Positions 43,200 to 53,777 of a stretch of DNA of 64,000 bases are shown in pieces. Source of the DNA: Candidatus Bathyarchaeota archaeon (GTDB lineage Archaea > Thermoproteota > Bathyarchaeia > Bathyarchaeales > Bathycorpusculaceae); assembly GCA_963806535.1 (NCBI GenBank), contig CAWDYC010000009.1, positions 96,001-160,000 on the forward strand, read 5' to 3'. The position numbers and the translations under genes were made by a program. Position 1 is the stretch's first letter. Each line of letters begins with the position of its first letter. The notes beneath the pieces are model-generated. The model worked only from the letters and a program-made list of their open reading frames with translations, ran no database searches and was not told the DNA's origin.

Positions 43200-44411
43200 C
43201 TAGCCTACCACCTGATAACTTTTTATACTCCAAAGGGAAAGCTGTGCCTGATAAGAAACTCCATTAATTTGCACTTGACGTAAGTCTGTAGCAACCCACC
43301 CTTGATTGATTGGAGTTCCTCCGAATTTCATCGAAAAACCTAATGAACTGAATCCCCACGGCATCAATACGACGCCATGATTACCATTGTTGCTGTAGGC
43401 GATTGCTAGAATGCCCGGGGTGTAAGAGCCCATTGAAATGGTAACAGGCTCGTTGCCGGTACCCGAAGTAACGGATCCACTTGAATTTGAACTTCCAATT
43501 GATGTTTGTTGAAGAGCATAGTTTTGGCTTTCCATAATAAAGCTGGAATTGTAATACAAAGCATTTGAATTAGTTGAATTATTGGGGATGTCATCGCTAT
43601 GTGCTAAAGTTACATTTTGAGTTGAAAGTGGATTAAGAAAAGGCACAATTATTTGGTTTCCCAAAGAAGAATGTTCGTAGTAGCCTATGCCTGTGATTCC
43701 ATCAAGATAAGCATAAGCAACAAATGCGTACGTCAGGTTTGGGTTCAAAGAAAAATTCGGAAAGGTAACCGAAGTAGAACCAGACATGTCTGTTATATTG
43801 CTACCCATTTGATTGGAAATAGTTTGGAAATTGGGGTAACTTGCGTCAACAGAAACTGGAATTAGGAGGTAGTTTACTGTTGCGTTTGCAAGAGGGAAAC
43901 CGGTTCCGGTGACATTCAACGATAATTTTAAGGGACTAGTTGAAATCTCAGCAATCGAAATGTTCACTGTTGGGGTTAACGAGAGTTGAAATCCGTAAGT
44001 ACCGTTAATGCCCAGCAATGTTGATGCTGTGGAATAATTAATCATATCGCTATAAGGATAGAGCAAATAGTTATTGGCACTAGTTGTTATTGAGCTGTAA
44101 GTTAGATTTGTTTTTTGGTAACTTATTGGCGTTCCTGAAGCTGAATTTAAACGCATCAGAGAAAAGGAGCTGAGCTGATACTGAGCCAACGAGGGATCTT
44201 GTAAACCAAACGCTATTGGAGTGCCACTTACTGGGATACTGGGATTCAAAAGAATTGCGTCTAAGAGGTCACTGCACACTTTTGCGGTAGTTGTATTTCG
44301 CTGAGAATCTATCCCAACTGAAATAGTTTGGTTAAAGAGACCAACGAAGAGCAGAATCGCTGCCAATAGCACAACAACTGAAATTAGATGATCTATAGAT
44401 ACACCTGACAT
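43200..44411 (-). CDS. Pilin-like protein (403 aa)
   Basis: N-terminal SIDHLISVVVLLAAILLF helix; FGL motif; operon context. Confidence 0.65.
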   Translation of the reverse strand: MSGVSIDHLISVVVLLAAILLFVGLFNQTISVGIDSQRNTTTAKVCSDLLDAILLNPSIPVSGTPIAFGLQDPSLAQYQLSSFSLMRLNSASGTPISYQKTNLTYSSITTSANNYLLYPYSDMINYSTASTLLGINGTYGFQLSLTPTVNISIAEISTSPLKLSLNVTGTGFPLANATVNYLLIPVSVDASYPNFQTISNQMGSNITDMSGSTSVTFPNFSLNPNLTYAFVAYAYLDGITGIGYYEHSSLGNQIIVPFLNPLSTQNVTLAHSDDIPNNSTNSNALYYNSSFIMESQNYALQQTSIGSSNSSGSVTSGTGNEPVTISMGSYTPGILAIAYSNNGNHGVVLMPWGFSSLGFSMKFGGTPINQGWVATDLRQVQINGVSYQAQLSLWSIKSYQVVG

Positions 44412-44422
44412 TTTTTTTCCTC

Positions 44423-44899
44423 CTACGTCCTAAAAGATAGCCAAATAGTGTTATTGCTATCTTTGTAGGCGTTGATGCAAGCACTAATTGAGTTACTCAT
44501 AAAAGAGGAATTTGACCACTGAACGTTTTGTCCAAGAATGACTGGTGAAGTAGTTGAAATTGAAGTTCCCTGTAACTTGAGAGTTAATTCCAAAACTTTA
44601 CCAGAGCCCGAACCAGCAACAGAGATCAATGTTGCATTTCCAATGTAAGCATGATTTGTTATGTAATGAGTGGTGCCGAGATTGTTTGTTACTGTTCCAG
44701 ATGAAACGGATGGATTGTTCAAGAAGAAATAAAGCTGCTGTATTGAACTGCTTATATGACTACTTGCGTCTTGAAGAGCAAGGGTCTCGCTGGAATTTGA
44801 CCAATAATTCATGAATATGCCAGCTGCGTAAGGTAGCAAAAATATTTGTAAGATTAGCATTGGAAGCAAAATCACGTATTCGATCGTTATATGTGCCAT
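44423..44899 (-). CDS. Pilin-like protein (158 aa)
   Basis: MAHITIEYVILLPMLILQIFL resembles a mature QxxxE pilin N-terminus. Confidence 0.7.
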   Translation of the reverse strand: MAHITIEYVILLPMLILQIFLLPYAAGIFMNYWSNSSETLALQDASSHISSSIQQLYFFLNNPSVSSGTVTNNLGTTHYITNHAYIGNATLISVAGSGSGKVLELTLKLQGTSISTTSPVILGQNVQWSNSSFMSNSISACINAYKDSNNTIWLSFRT

Positions 44900-44918
44900 A
44901 TGTCACACCTTATCATCA

Positions 44919-45788
44919 TTAAGCCGCCATTCCTATTGAGACGCTTACTGTGCCGATGTAAAGTTCAACAAAAGAATTATTGGGTATACTTACAGTTTCC
45001 GAGGTGTGGTCAAAGTTAAAGAATGAAGTATCAAAGCCGGGTGGATTGGAAGGAGCTGCTAAGGCAGTGGCATTAATCCGAACCTGGCTAATTGTGACAC
45101 TAGGTGCTAATCTAGTCAAACTACTACCTGTTAGCGTCACAGATTGTGAAAGATGTGGATTTGGGCCACCAATAAGAGTAGGCATATAGAATTTGTAGTA
45201 GCTTCCTCCTGTGACTAGTGTTGAATTAAGAGCTCTAATTGTTGGGACCGCAATTATTCGTACATAACTTCCATCGTTCAAAGGTAGTTTTTCTGTTGCG
45301 AATACTTGGGCTATCGGCGCAGAAGCGTTCCATTGCAAAATTGACCCGTTATATTCAGGTGTTATTCTACTGAAGTAGTTATTGCCCACGTTGTAAGAGG
45401 ATACGGGGATTTTGTACATTACCATTCCTGTCGTTGAATTATAAAGGGTTTGCCAAGAGCCACCACTGTAGACTTCGAAGGTATAGTTAATAACGTTGGG
45501 AAAGAACTTAACCAGACCGTATTTAGCTGTGAAATCAACTGTTTCTGTTCTTCCAATTGTCCAGGCAACATTATCTGCCTGCAAACCAACTGTTTGCATA
45601 AACTGCTTGCTCGTACTAAACTCATCGCCAGCGATCTGAAGGTTTAGTGTGTTATTTGCATAGTTCATAGCCACAAATATCAATACCACAAGTGCAGCCG
45701 TCATAATTACAGTGGAGATTGCTGGACTGACCGCTCTGCTATTATTCCGCAATGACTTTTTATGAGGGTGGTATTGGATGAATTTCAT
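44919..45788 (-). CDS. Archaeal type IV pilin with class III signal peptide
   Basis: KKSLRNNSRA|VSPAISTVIMTAALVVLIFV. Confidence 0.8.
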   Translation of the reverse strand: MKFIQYHPHKKSLRNNSRAVSPAISTVIMTAALVVLIFVAMNYANNTLNLQIAGDEFSTSKQFMQTVGLQADNVAWTIGRTETVDFTAKYGLVKFFPNVINYTFEVYSGGSWQTLYNSTTGMVMYKIPVSSYNVGNNYFSRITPEYNGSILQWNASAPIAQVFATEKLPLNDGSYVRIIAVPTIRALNSTLVTGGSYYKFYMPTLIGGPNPHLSQSVTLTGSSLTRLAPSVTISQVRINATALAAPSNPPGFDTSFFNFDHTSETVSIPNNSFVELYIGTVSVSIGMAA

Positions 45789-45800
45789 TTCCTTTCGCTC

Positions 45801-47537
45801 CTAACCAAGTTTTACGAACATAGGAATTATTTTTGCCGCTAACACTGAAATCACGACGAGTATTGCTGCGTGTTTGAATCCGGCTGCGACAGATTCTTCG
45901 CTTATTTTTCCAGCGACGATTCCAATGAGGTAACTGTTGAAAATGACTGCAGTCATGAATATCGTTTGCATCAAGCCTTTTCCGGCCGCTGCAGTCGTTG
46001 ATACTCCTGATGTTGTTGCACCAAATCCGGTTGTGAAACTCATCATCATGATGGTTGTTGCAACAAGAAGGATTGAGGCTAAGTAAGGCATCATAACGTA
46101 GGGGCGAACCGACATTTTCTTTTCTTTTTCCACTTCCTGCGTTAAATTGTTAAAGCGGGCTAAAGATTCAATCATTGCAATCGTGCCGCCTCCCACATCT
46201 ATTGTCTCAACCAACAGAAACATCACAATTTGCACCATCCAGCTACGGGTGCGATGGAGAAAATCCATCATTACTTTTTTTATTGGAATACCCCAAGAAA
46301 TCTCTGAGCTGATTTTGCGTAATTCTTTGCTGAATGTGCCGTAGTCTCGCGTTGATAGGCTTTCGATGCATTTTTCAGGAGATAAGCCAGTTTTTCGAAC
46401 TTCAGTGAGGTCTCTTAAGAAACTTGTGACCCCTTGTTCCATGCTTGCTTTGTGTTTAGCCAATCTTATGTGTACAATAGCTGCTGGCGCCGTAGTGATA
46501 AACAGGGCAACAGCGATGGCTATGGGTAAATCAACACCTAAAGCCTGCAACGAAGTGAAAAATGGAAGTTGAGTTGCACCCATGAAGTTTGTTAGCAGCA
46601 AGAATACGATAATACCTATTACGCTGCAGACGCCGAATACTTTGTAGGGACGCATTTCCGTCATAGGCGTTTTTGGTTGCATACTGTGAGCAAGATAGAC
46701 AAATACGAATGAAAGCAAGGGCGTAAACAAATAAGTGTACATTAGTATGCCTGAATACGAGGAAAGGTCAGAGGTAGCAGTAGAAGTCGCTCCAGTCTGT
46801 ATTTGCTGAACAGCGAAAAGTATGTAGAAACAAAGAGACATCATAACCATTACGATGATGAAGGTTTCAAGCAGCATTCCAAGACGTTCAGCAGCAGCTT
46901 TGACTCGAAGAGCTCGAGTTTTGAATATGTCTTCTGCTTTGCGTTCAAGAAAGTGACCTATGTCTCCGCCTATGATAACGGTTGAAGCATATCCACCTAA
47001 GAAGTCTTTGAATATGTCGAGCGGAGTCTTTTTTGCAGCTACTTCAAGAGCTGAAAGCGGGTCAACACCAAAAACCTCGACTTCCTTCATTATATCTCTA
47101 GCTTCTTTACGCATGGCTGGCATTAGGTCTACTTCTGATAGACGTTTAAAACTGGTATAGGGAGCAATGCCTCCAGACGCCATGACGCTGATGTAGGCCG
47201 CTGCAAAAGGCATTTCGCGCTCTAATCCTGTTGCTCTATCACCGGCTTTATTCATGGGCACAACGTAGAAACCAACAATAACAAATAGTGGAAGTGGAAC
47301 CAAGGCAAGTAGCGGCAAAAAATTAAAGATTAAGGCTAAAGTTAACCCCAATACAGACACAGGAATAGTTAGGAGTGCAATAAAGAACATCATCGAAATG
47401 TAAGTTGCAGGGTAAATTTTTACGCGTCCCTTTTCCAAATTTCCCTTAGTGGTTGGGAAAACTTTTTTAAGAAAGAACGGAGCTGCGCGTCCGAAGAGGC
47501 GAAAAGACAGGGCTTCAAATTTCTCTAGAAGCGGCAA
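45801..47537 (-). CDS. Type IV pilus platform protein (TadC/ArlJ-like, two T2SSF domains)
   Basis: EMPFAAAYISVMASGG, FLRDLTEVRKTG, YGTFS, C-terminal GKISE..GFKH. Confidence 0.9.
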   Translation of the reverse strand: MPLLEKFEALSFRLFGRAAPFFLKKVFPTTKGNLEKGRVKIYPATYISMMFFIALLTIPVSVLGLTLALIFNFLPLLALVPLPLFVIVGFYVVPMNKAGDRATGLEREMPFAAAYISVMASGGIAPYTSFKRLSEVDLMPAMRKEARDIMKEVEVFGVDPLSALEVAAKKTPLDIFKDFLGGYASTVIIGGDIGHFLERKAEDIFKTRALRVKAAAERLGMLLETFIIVMVMMSLCFYILFAVQQIQTGATSTATSDLSSYSGILMYTYLFTPLLSFVFVYLAHSMQPKTPMTEMRPYKVFGVCSVIGIIVFLLLTNFMGATQLPFFTSLQALGVDLPIAIAVALFITTAPAAIVHIRLAKHKASMEQGVTSFLRDLTEVRKTGLSPEKCIESLSTRDYGTFSKELRKISSEISWGIPIKKVMMDFLHRTRSWMVQIVMFLLVETIDVGGGTIAMIESLARFNNLTQEVEKEKKMSVRPYVMMPYLASILLVATTIMMMSFTTGFGATTSGVSTTAAAGKGLMQTIFMTAVIFNSYLIGIVAGKISEESVAAGFKHAAILVVISVLAAKIIPMFVKLG

Positions 47538-49258
47538 CTGGTTTTACCTCCTCCTTTTCCACATAGATTTTTTCGTAGAATTCTTTTGGTCTCGCATAAT
47601 ACTCTGCGATTATTGAGGCAACTTCTTTGTAGCTTCTGATGTTTTGTTCACGCATCCAATGTAGAACGTTCGAGCGACGGTTCATTTCTTTAATGAGGTC
47701 TTCACGTGTAATACCTAAACGTTCTGAAAAGTTGGTGAGTAGGAAACTTTGGTTTAAATCCACTTCTTGTTCATCTTTGATTGGATCCCATTTGAATGGA
47801 TTTAGGAATTTTTCAGAGTCAATGAATTTCGTTTACTGAGAGTATACGACGATAAGCTTTCTTTTCGCCTTTTTTAACCAAATGAACGCGTTGGACTGAC
47901 ATTACAATGTTCATGAGTGGAATGTATGCTGGTGAAATGTCCATGGGTTTCTGTGTGAGACGTCTAACTGCGGACTGAACGTTTTCGGCGTGCATTGTAC
48001 ACATACCACCGTGTCCTGTCGCTAGAGCTTGGAATAGAACGTAGGCTTCTTGGCCTCTGACTTCGCCTACAATCATTAGATCGGGGCGATGTCTCATGCA
48101 TGTCTTCACCAGATCGAATAATGCGACTTCGCCAACGCTGCTTCCGCCTAAACCGTAGCTTTGTCTTGCAATCAAAGAGACCCAGTTTTCATGTGATAAG
48201 TTTAGTTCAGCTGTTTCTTCGATGGTCATGATTTTGCTGCCTGGCTTAATCAAGCAACCTAAAGCGTTTAGAGCAGTAGTTTTGCCAGCAGCTGTTCCAC
48301 CGAGAACCATGACTGATGCTCGATTTTCAAGACAAATCCAAAGGTAGGCAGCCATTTCTTCGGTAAATGTTCCGATGTTGATTAGGTCGATAATTGAGTA
48401 AGGATCTTCACGGAACTTTCTGATAGTGAAAGCTGTACCAAATGGTGTAATTTCTCGTCTATAAGCTACTGCCAGTCGGTGTTTTCCAGGAAGTGATGCG
48501 TCCACAATGGGGAAAGCGGAACTAACGTGTTTTCCAGCCATGTGCACTAGTTTTCCGACTAGGTTATCGAGGTCTTCATCGTTTTCAAATTTAACGTTTG
48601 TTTCGATGCTTTCAAACGATCGATGCCAAATGTAAAGTGATTTATTGACTCCGTCGCAGGAAATGTCTTCTATGTTTGGGTCACGCATTAATGGATCAAT
48701 TTTGCCAAAGCCAACTAAGATCTCGTTCAGCGTGGTAAAGAATTTTGTACCACGAGACATCAGGTAACCAGCCGAGGCTAATTCTGTATTTATCAACTAT
48801 TTTTTTTGCTGCTTGGGCGAAGAATTTTCGAGGATCAGCTATTTCTTCTTTTGGCGATTCGATTTCTGCAAGTAGACATTTCTAGTATGCGGTTGTATAT
48901 GCCTCGTTCCATTGGATCAAGCTGAAGTTCATCAAGAATGTATTTGTATTCACCTGTTTTTGGGTCTTGAACTATTACTACTTGAGCGAAAGGCTCGTAT
49001 AATGGGTATTTGTCAATTATTTTGATCCCTTTGGGCAAAGGCTTAGCGACTGAAGGAATATCCTCTTCAGGCTGTTCCTTCTTGCTTGATTTAGTTTTAG
49101 GTAGTTTATGTTGATTTTTGGAAGATGAAATTTCGCTTTTTTATTTTGACTGTTTTTTCTTTGGCTGTTTGTTTTTTTGGTTCGTCTGCATTTTTCTTGC
49201 TGCTTCTATTTGGCAATAGATTCATTAATTTTTCTTTAAGACTGTTTTCCTTTGGCAT
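47515..49258 (-). CDS. Type II/IV secretion ATPase (ArlI/TadA-like; frameshifted)
   Basis: DPNIEDISCDG, FTIRKF, Walker A GGTAAGKTT, RPDLMIVGEVRG, TGHG..TMHA. Confidence 0.92.
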
Positions 49259-49450
49259 TTTTGGTCAGTATTTAGGATTACTCAATTCTTAAAGCTTATT
49301 AAGTATTATGTCTTACTATACACTAATGTTGAAGCGTAGAACACCTATACAAAAACCAAACAACAAACATTAAACCACATTTCACCAACAAAACAATTTT
49401 AAACCAACAAAACATGACATACACAAACACGATCAACGGAAGAATAACAG

Positions 49451-50147
49451 TTGAACCAAACCACAAAAATCATCAACCAAGCAAAAAAAGAAGGCAGAAA
49501 AGCCCTCCTCGAACCCGAAGCCAAAACAATCTGCACAGAATACGGCATCCCAGTCACCAAATTCAAAGTCGCATCAAACCAGAAAGAAGCATCAAAATAC
49601 GCGAGACGAAATCGGTTATCCAGTTGTCCTAAAAATTGTTTCCCCAGACATAATCCACAAGTCAGATGCTGGAGGAGTAATAGTTAACTTGAAAAACTCA
49701 GCCGAAGTCACCGCAGGCTATAACAAAATTTTGGAGAACGTTAAAAAATATAAGGCAGACGCGAAAATCGTTGGCGTTCTGGTGCAGGAAATGGCGCCAA
49801 ATTCAACCGAGGTCATCGTTGGAGCAATCAAAGATCCTCAGTTTGGGCAGACAGTGATGTTTGGTTTAGGCGGAATATTTGTTGAAGTTCTCAAAGATGT
49901 AAACTTTAGAATTGCGCCTTTAAATGCTGATGATGCAAAAGAAATGATTACAGAGCTGAAGGCTTATCCGCTTTTGAAGGGTTTCCGAAATACGCCGCCC
50001 GCAGACATCGACGCATTAGTTGGCATACTTTGCAGTACTTCACGTTTAGTCATGGATAACCCAGAAATCAAAGAGTTAGACCTCAACCCAGTGTTGGCTT
50101 ATCAGAAAGGCGCAAAAACAGTTGACGCAAGAATAATTTTAGAGTAA
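49451..50147 (+). CDS. ADP-forming acetate--CoA ligase beta subunit (ATP-grasp; frameshifted)
   Basis: LLEPEAK, YPVVLKIVSPDIIHKSDAGGV in shifted frame, DPQFG..VMFGLGG, ELDLNP, VDAR. Confidence 0.9.
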
Positions 50148-50196
50148 ATAAAAGCCAAATTCTATTTTATTTTCTAAATAAAAAAAATTGAGAAAA

Positions 50197-51469
50197 CTAA
50201 GGTTTTTTTGTTAATTCTTCAAGAATTTCTTTGGCTCGGTCAACTCTTACTTTGCGTTCTTTAACCATCTGTGTCCGCAACCTTGTCAACCAAGTCGTCT
50301 TTGGCTCCTGCGGTGATTGCGATGTTTCTTGCGTGCAGATTCATGTGACCACGTTGAATTCCCTCATTAGATAGTGCCCTTAGTGCTCCGAGGTTTTGGG
50401 CTAAGCCGACGGCGGCTAAGACTTCTGCGAATTCGTTGGCTGATTTGACGCCGAGAATTTTCATGGCTATTCTTGCGATTGGGTGAGTTTTTACTGCTCC
50501 GCCGATTAAGCCTACAGCCATTGGCAACTCAATTACGCCTTCTAAGTCGCCGTTTTTGTTTTTTGTCCATTTAGAAATTGATGTGTAAGGTCCGTTTAAT
50601 GCGGCGTATGCGTGTGCTCCAGCCTCAATTGCGCGGTGATCGTTGCCTGTGGCTAAAACAACAGCGATTATCCCGTTCATTGCGCCTTTGTTGTGTGTGG
50701 CTGCTCGGTATGGGTCTGCTGCTGCAAAAGCTGAAGCGTAAGCGATACCTTCTACAACTGCTTCTCCACCAAGGGCTTCTTTAGGTACGGTGCACCATGC
50801 TTTTGCCAGCCGTTTAGTGGCTAAGTTCGAGATTATTCGTAAGTAAACGTGTCCACCTGTCAACTCCTCAATCATTGGTGCTACTGCTTCAGCCATCGTG
50901 TTAACAGCGTTCGCACCCATAGCATCTCTGCAGTCAACATATAATTCTACAATAACCATTTGTCCCATAGTGGTATCGATGATTTTGGCATCCATGTCTT
51001 TGGCTCCGCCACCGAAAGAATTCAGGACTGGATCTTGGTCGTTTGCTTTCTTAAGAATTTGAGCTTTAGCATCCAAAACCTGTTTTTTCGCTACTTTGGC
51101 ATCTTTGATTTTGACCAATTGAATTTGCCCTATCATTACGGGGGCGGTGCTGCTGGTGTGGAAGCCTCCGCCGTCTCTCACCATTTTAGCGGCGTAGCTG
51201 GCTGCGGCAATCACGCTTGGCTCCTCGGTTGCCATCGGGATAAGGTAGTCTTTTCCGTTTATTTGGAAGTTAACGCCGACGCCTAAAGGTTCAGGGAAAA
51301 CGCCGATAACGTTTTCCACCATATGGTCAACTAAATCTAAAGGTAAAGAACCTGTGTTCTCAAGTAAACGAATTTCTTCATCGGTTAAACCCGCAAAATC
51401 TTTAATGATTGCTAAACGCTCTTTGAGCGGAAGTTTATAGAAGCCTGAGATTACTGATGATTTAGCCAT
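50197..51469 (-). CDS. Class II HMG-CoA reductase (frameshift near 3' end)
   Basis: MVENVIG, ATEEPSV, DAMGAN, THNKG, GLAQN, GIQRGHM. Confidence 0.92.
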
Positions 51470-51552
51470 TTTTCTAATCCTCGATTGCAAGTGGAGTGTA
51501 GTCTGTTTTTTCGCTTTTAAGCTTTAAGCAACAGTTAACGGAAAAATAGGTT

Positions 51553-52569
51553 TTACAGCGTAGTTTGCCCTGCAGTTCGGGGCATAGCGACTGCAGAAAC
51601 GCCTAGGCGCTTGCGGATTTCCTTCGCTAAAACTGCACCATGACTCCTGTAATTGTCAGTGATAACTTGTTTTGCATGTGAACGCTTAACATATTCGATT
51701 AAGCCGTCAAAATCAGAGTGATCACTTAAGGCAACCAAAAATTCTCTGTCTCCGATTTGCCTGCAGGGTGCACTGAATTCCCAGCCGCTGACGCAAATGC
51801 GTGAATTATTCAAACCCACATGTTGGCGAGAATTCATGTGGTAAAATGCGACACATGGAAGATTACCGTCTAATAGTTCACGTCCATCTTCGTTAGTGGA
51901 AAGCGAGAGGCAGCCCAAATCCATTCCATGTTGTTCACAAACCTTAGTAACTTTGTAAACCCTCTCAGGCATAACAAATGGAACTGAAACATCGGCTTTT
52001 CTGAGAAGCTTCATGATTTCTTGAAGTTTTCCATGGTAACCGAAAACATAAACTGTGCCGCCTCGCAAGCGTTTCTCAATCATAGAAACCAACAGTTCCC
52101 GAACATCCACCTCAAAATTCCGCCTGAATGATGGGCTTCCATATGTTGCTTCAACGACGAGAATATCACAGTCGACAACAGGTGTGTCGTCAATTCTGAA
52201 GTCGCCAGTGTAAGCAATTCGTATTCCACCAGCATCTTCAACTAGTACCTGAGCTGCACCCAAAATATGGTCTGCTTTGATTAGAGTTATTTTTTCGTCG
52301 CCGTACTTGATGGCTTTTCCATACTCCATTGTTTTTACTGGAGCCTCATGGAGCTTAAGTGAGTCATCAAGTGTTTCTGCAAGGTCTCTTGTGGCTTTAG
52401 TCATCAAAACTTTTTCGCAGCACTTCAAGCTTTTCCGTAAGCCGCCAAGGTGATCTGCATGGGCATGAGTTACAATCCGCAATGGTCTAGAATCATCGAA
52501 AGCGTCGCAGGCAACATTGTCACCTAACAATACTGCGCCGTTTTTAGTGACTTTAGCCCTTGCAGACAA
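51553..52569 (-). CDS. MBL-fold metallohydrolase (SNM1-like nuclease)
   Basis: THAHADH, HILGA, YTGDF, EATYG, LSDHSDF. Confidence 0.85.
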   Translation of the reverse strand: MSARAKVTKNGAVLLGDNVACDAFDDSRPLRIVTHAHADHLGGLRKSLKCCEKVLMTKATRDLAETLDDSLKLHEAPVKTMEYGKAIKYGDEKITLIKADHILGAAQVLVEDAGGIRIAYTGDFRIDDTPVVDCDILVVEATYGSPSFRRNFEVDVRELLVSMIEKRLRGGTVYVFGYHGKLQEIMKLLRKADVSVPFVMPERVYKVTKVCEQHGMDLGCLSLSTNEDGRELLDGNLPCVAFYHMNSRQHVGLNNSRICVSGWEFSAPCRQIGDREFLVALSDHSDFDGLIEYVKRSHAKQVITDNYRSHGAVLAKEIRKRLGVSAVAMPRTAGQTTL

Positions 52570-52580
52570 CAGTAATCCTC

Positions 52581-52985
52581 TTACCTTTCGGTTTTTTCGG
52601 CAAGCCATTCGATGAGTTGCTGTGGATTATCAGTTTCAATTGTTATCTTTATTGGGCCTAGTGGTGACTCTGCTGTTTCCTCACAAAAAGAGATGTGCCC
52701 TGCAAAAGCTACCTGCTTGTTTAAGCAAAACCTAATCGTGTTGCCTCTTGTGCTGCGGAAAAGCGCTTTTCTGGAAGCATCACGAACTCTGTCACTGCGC
52801 ATTATGTTGCGTAGTTTAACAAGAGATTCTTGCCCTTTAGCTTCAGCAGTCAAAATGTTTACTTTGCCCTCGGACTTGATTGTTATTGAAGCATTGCCTA
52901 AAATGTTGGTTACCGCTGCTTTGACTTTTTCCTCGCTTTCAGTCGGATAAATCTCGGTTTCAACATTAACAGTTACTTCATCCAC
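52581..52985 (-). CDS. UPF0201/DUF54 RNA-binding-fold protein
   Basis: YPTESEEKV, LNKQVAFAG, SPLGPI. Confidence 0.85.
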   Translation of the reverse strand: MDEVTVNVETEIYPTESEEKVKAAVTNILGNASITIKSEGKVNILTAEAKGQESLVKLRNIMRSDRVRDASRKALFRSTRGNTIRFCLNKQVAFAGHISFCEETAESPLGPIKITIETDNPQQLIEWLAEKTER

Positions 52986-53541
52986 TTCTGCTCAATCCTC
53001 CGCAAAGCCTCAGCAATCCTAGCTTTAACCTCTTCAACACTCGGCATCGTTAATTATCATCTGTTCAGCCATCGCAATCACATTGCCTAAGCCAACGCTC
53101 AGTTCACGCATATCCCGTCTCATGAAAGACTGCCCATCCGTTTGAATCGTCGCTTCGACGGCGATTAGAGAGTCGAGTAAACCTTGTTTCTGGAGACGCA
53201 TGAACAGCAGCTATGCTGAATTTTGCAAAATGAGTTTTGAAAGCTTCAACCTCATGAAGGCTTCTTAAACCGTCAATTAGGACTTTATTTTTTTCTTGTG
53301 CTTCTATTTTTGGAATGCATTTTTGAGCAACGACAGTGACGCCTCCGTCGGCTCGAAGTTGAAGCATAACTTTTCCCACATTTGCCGGCGTTAGATCCAA
53401 ACCAAGTTTCAAAGTTTCCTCTCTAATCACGTCACCCATAATCACAATAGCGTATCCTAATTCGCGTGCAGTCTCAACGACTAAAGATTTCCCTGACCCA
53501 GGCATCCCAGCTAAACCCACAACTATTTTGTCACCGCTCAT
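52973..53541 (-). CDS. UPF0200 P-loop kinase (dephospho-CoA-kinase-like; frameshifted)
   Basis: GMPGSGKS, MGDVIREE, IDGLRS..E, HASPETRF, ELSVGLG in shifted frame. Confidence 0.85.
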
Positions 53542-53547
53542 AACTAA

Positions 53548-53762
53548 CCCCTTTTTTGCTTCTATAACGGTAACTTCCATTAAAAACTATCCATCGGTAA
53601 AGCAGCTCTCTCCGTTGAGATTGGTGTGCGAACGGTAGACCTAAAAAGGTCAAGTCTGGACAGCAAGCGATGCTTGTTCTTGCATGCAACATATGCAGAG
53701 AAAAAACATAAGAGACCACCGAAAACGCGAGACTTAATGGCAAAACCGTAGAGCAGAAGGGA
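53548..53762. ncRNA. Candidate structured non-coding element
   Basis: Long imperfect closing stem (CCATTAA/TTAATGG, ACGGT/ACCGT) enclosing several hairpins; no credible ORF. Confidence 0.45.
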
Positions 53763-53777
53763 GATGAACGCGTTGAA

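Noticed and set aside
35703-49258. Archaellum operon
   Set aside because: No archaellin, ArlH, ArlF/G or chemotaxis genes.
53548-53762. RNase P RNA or SRP RNA
   Set aside because: No GAGGAAAGTCC or ACAGAA..GGCTTA regions and no SRP helix-8 motif found on either strand; kept only as an unknown structured element.
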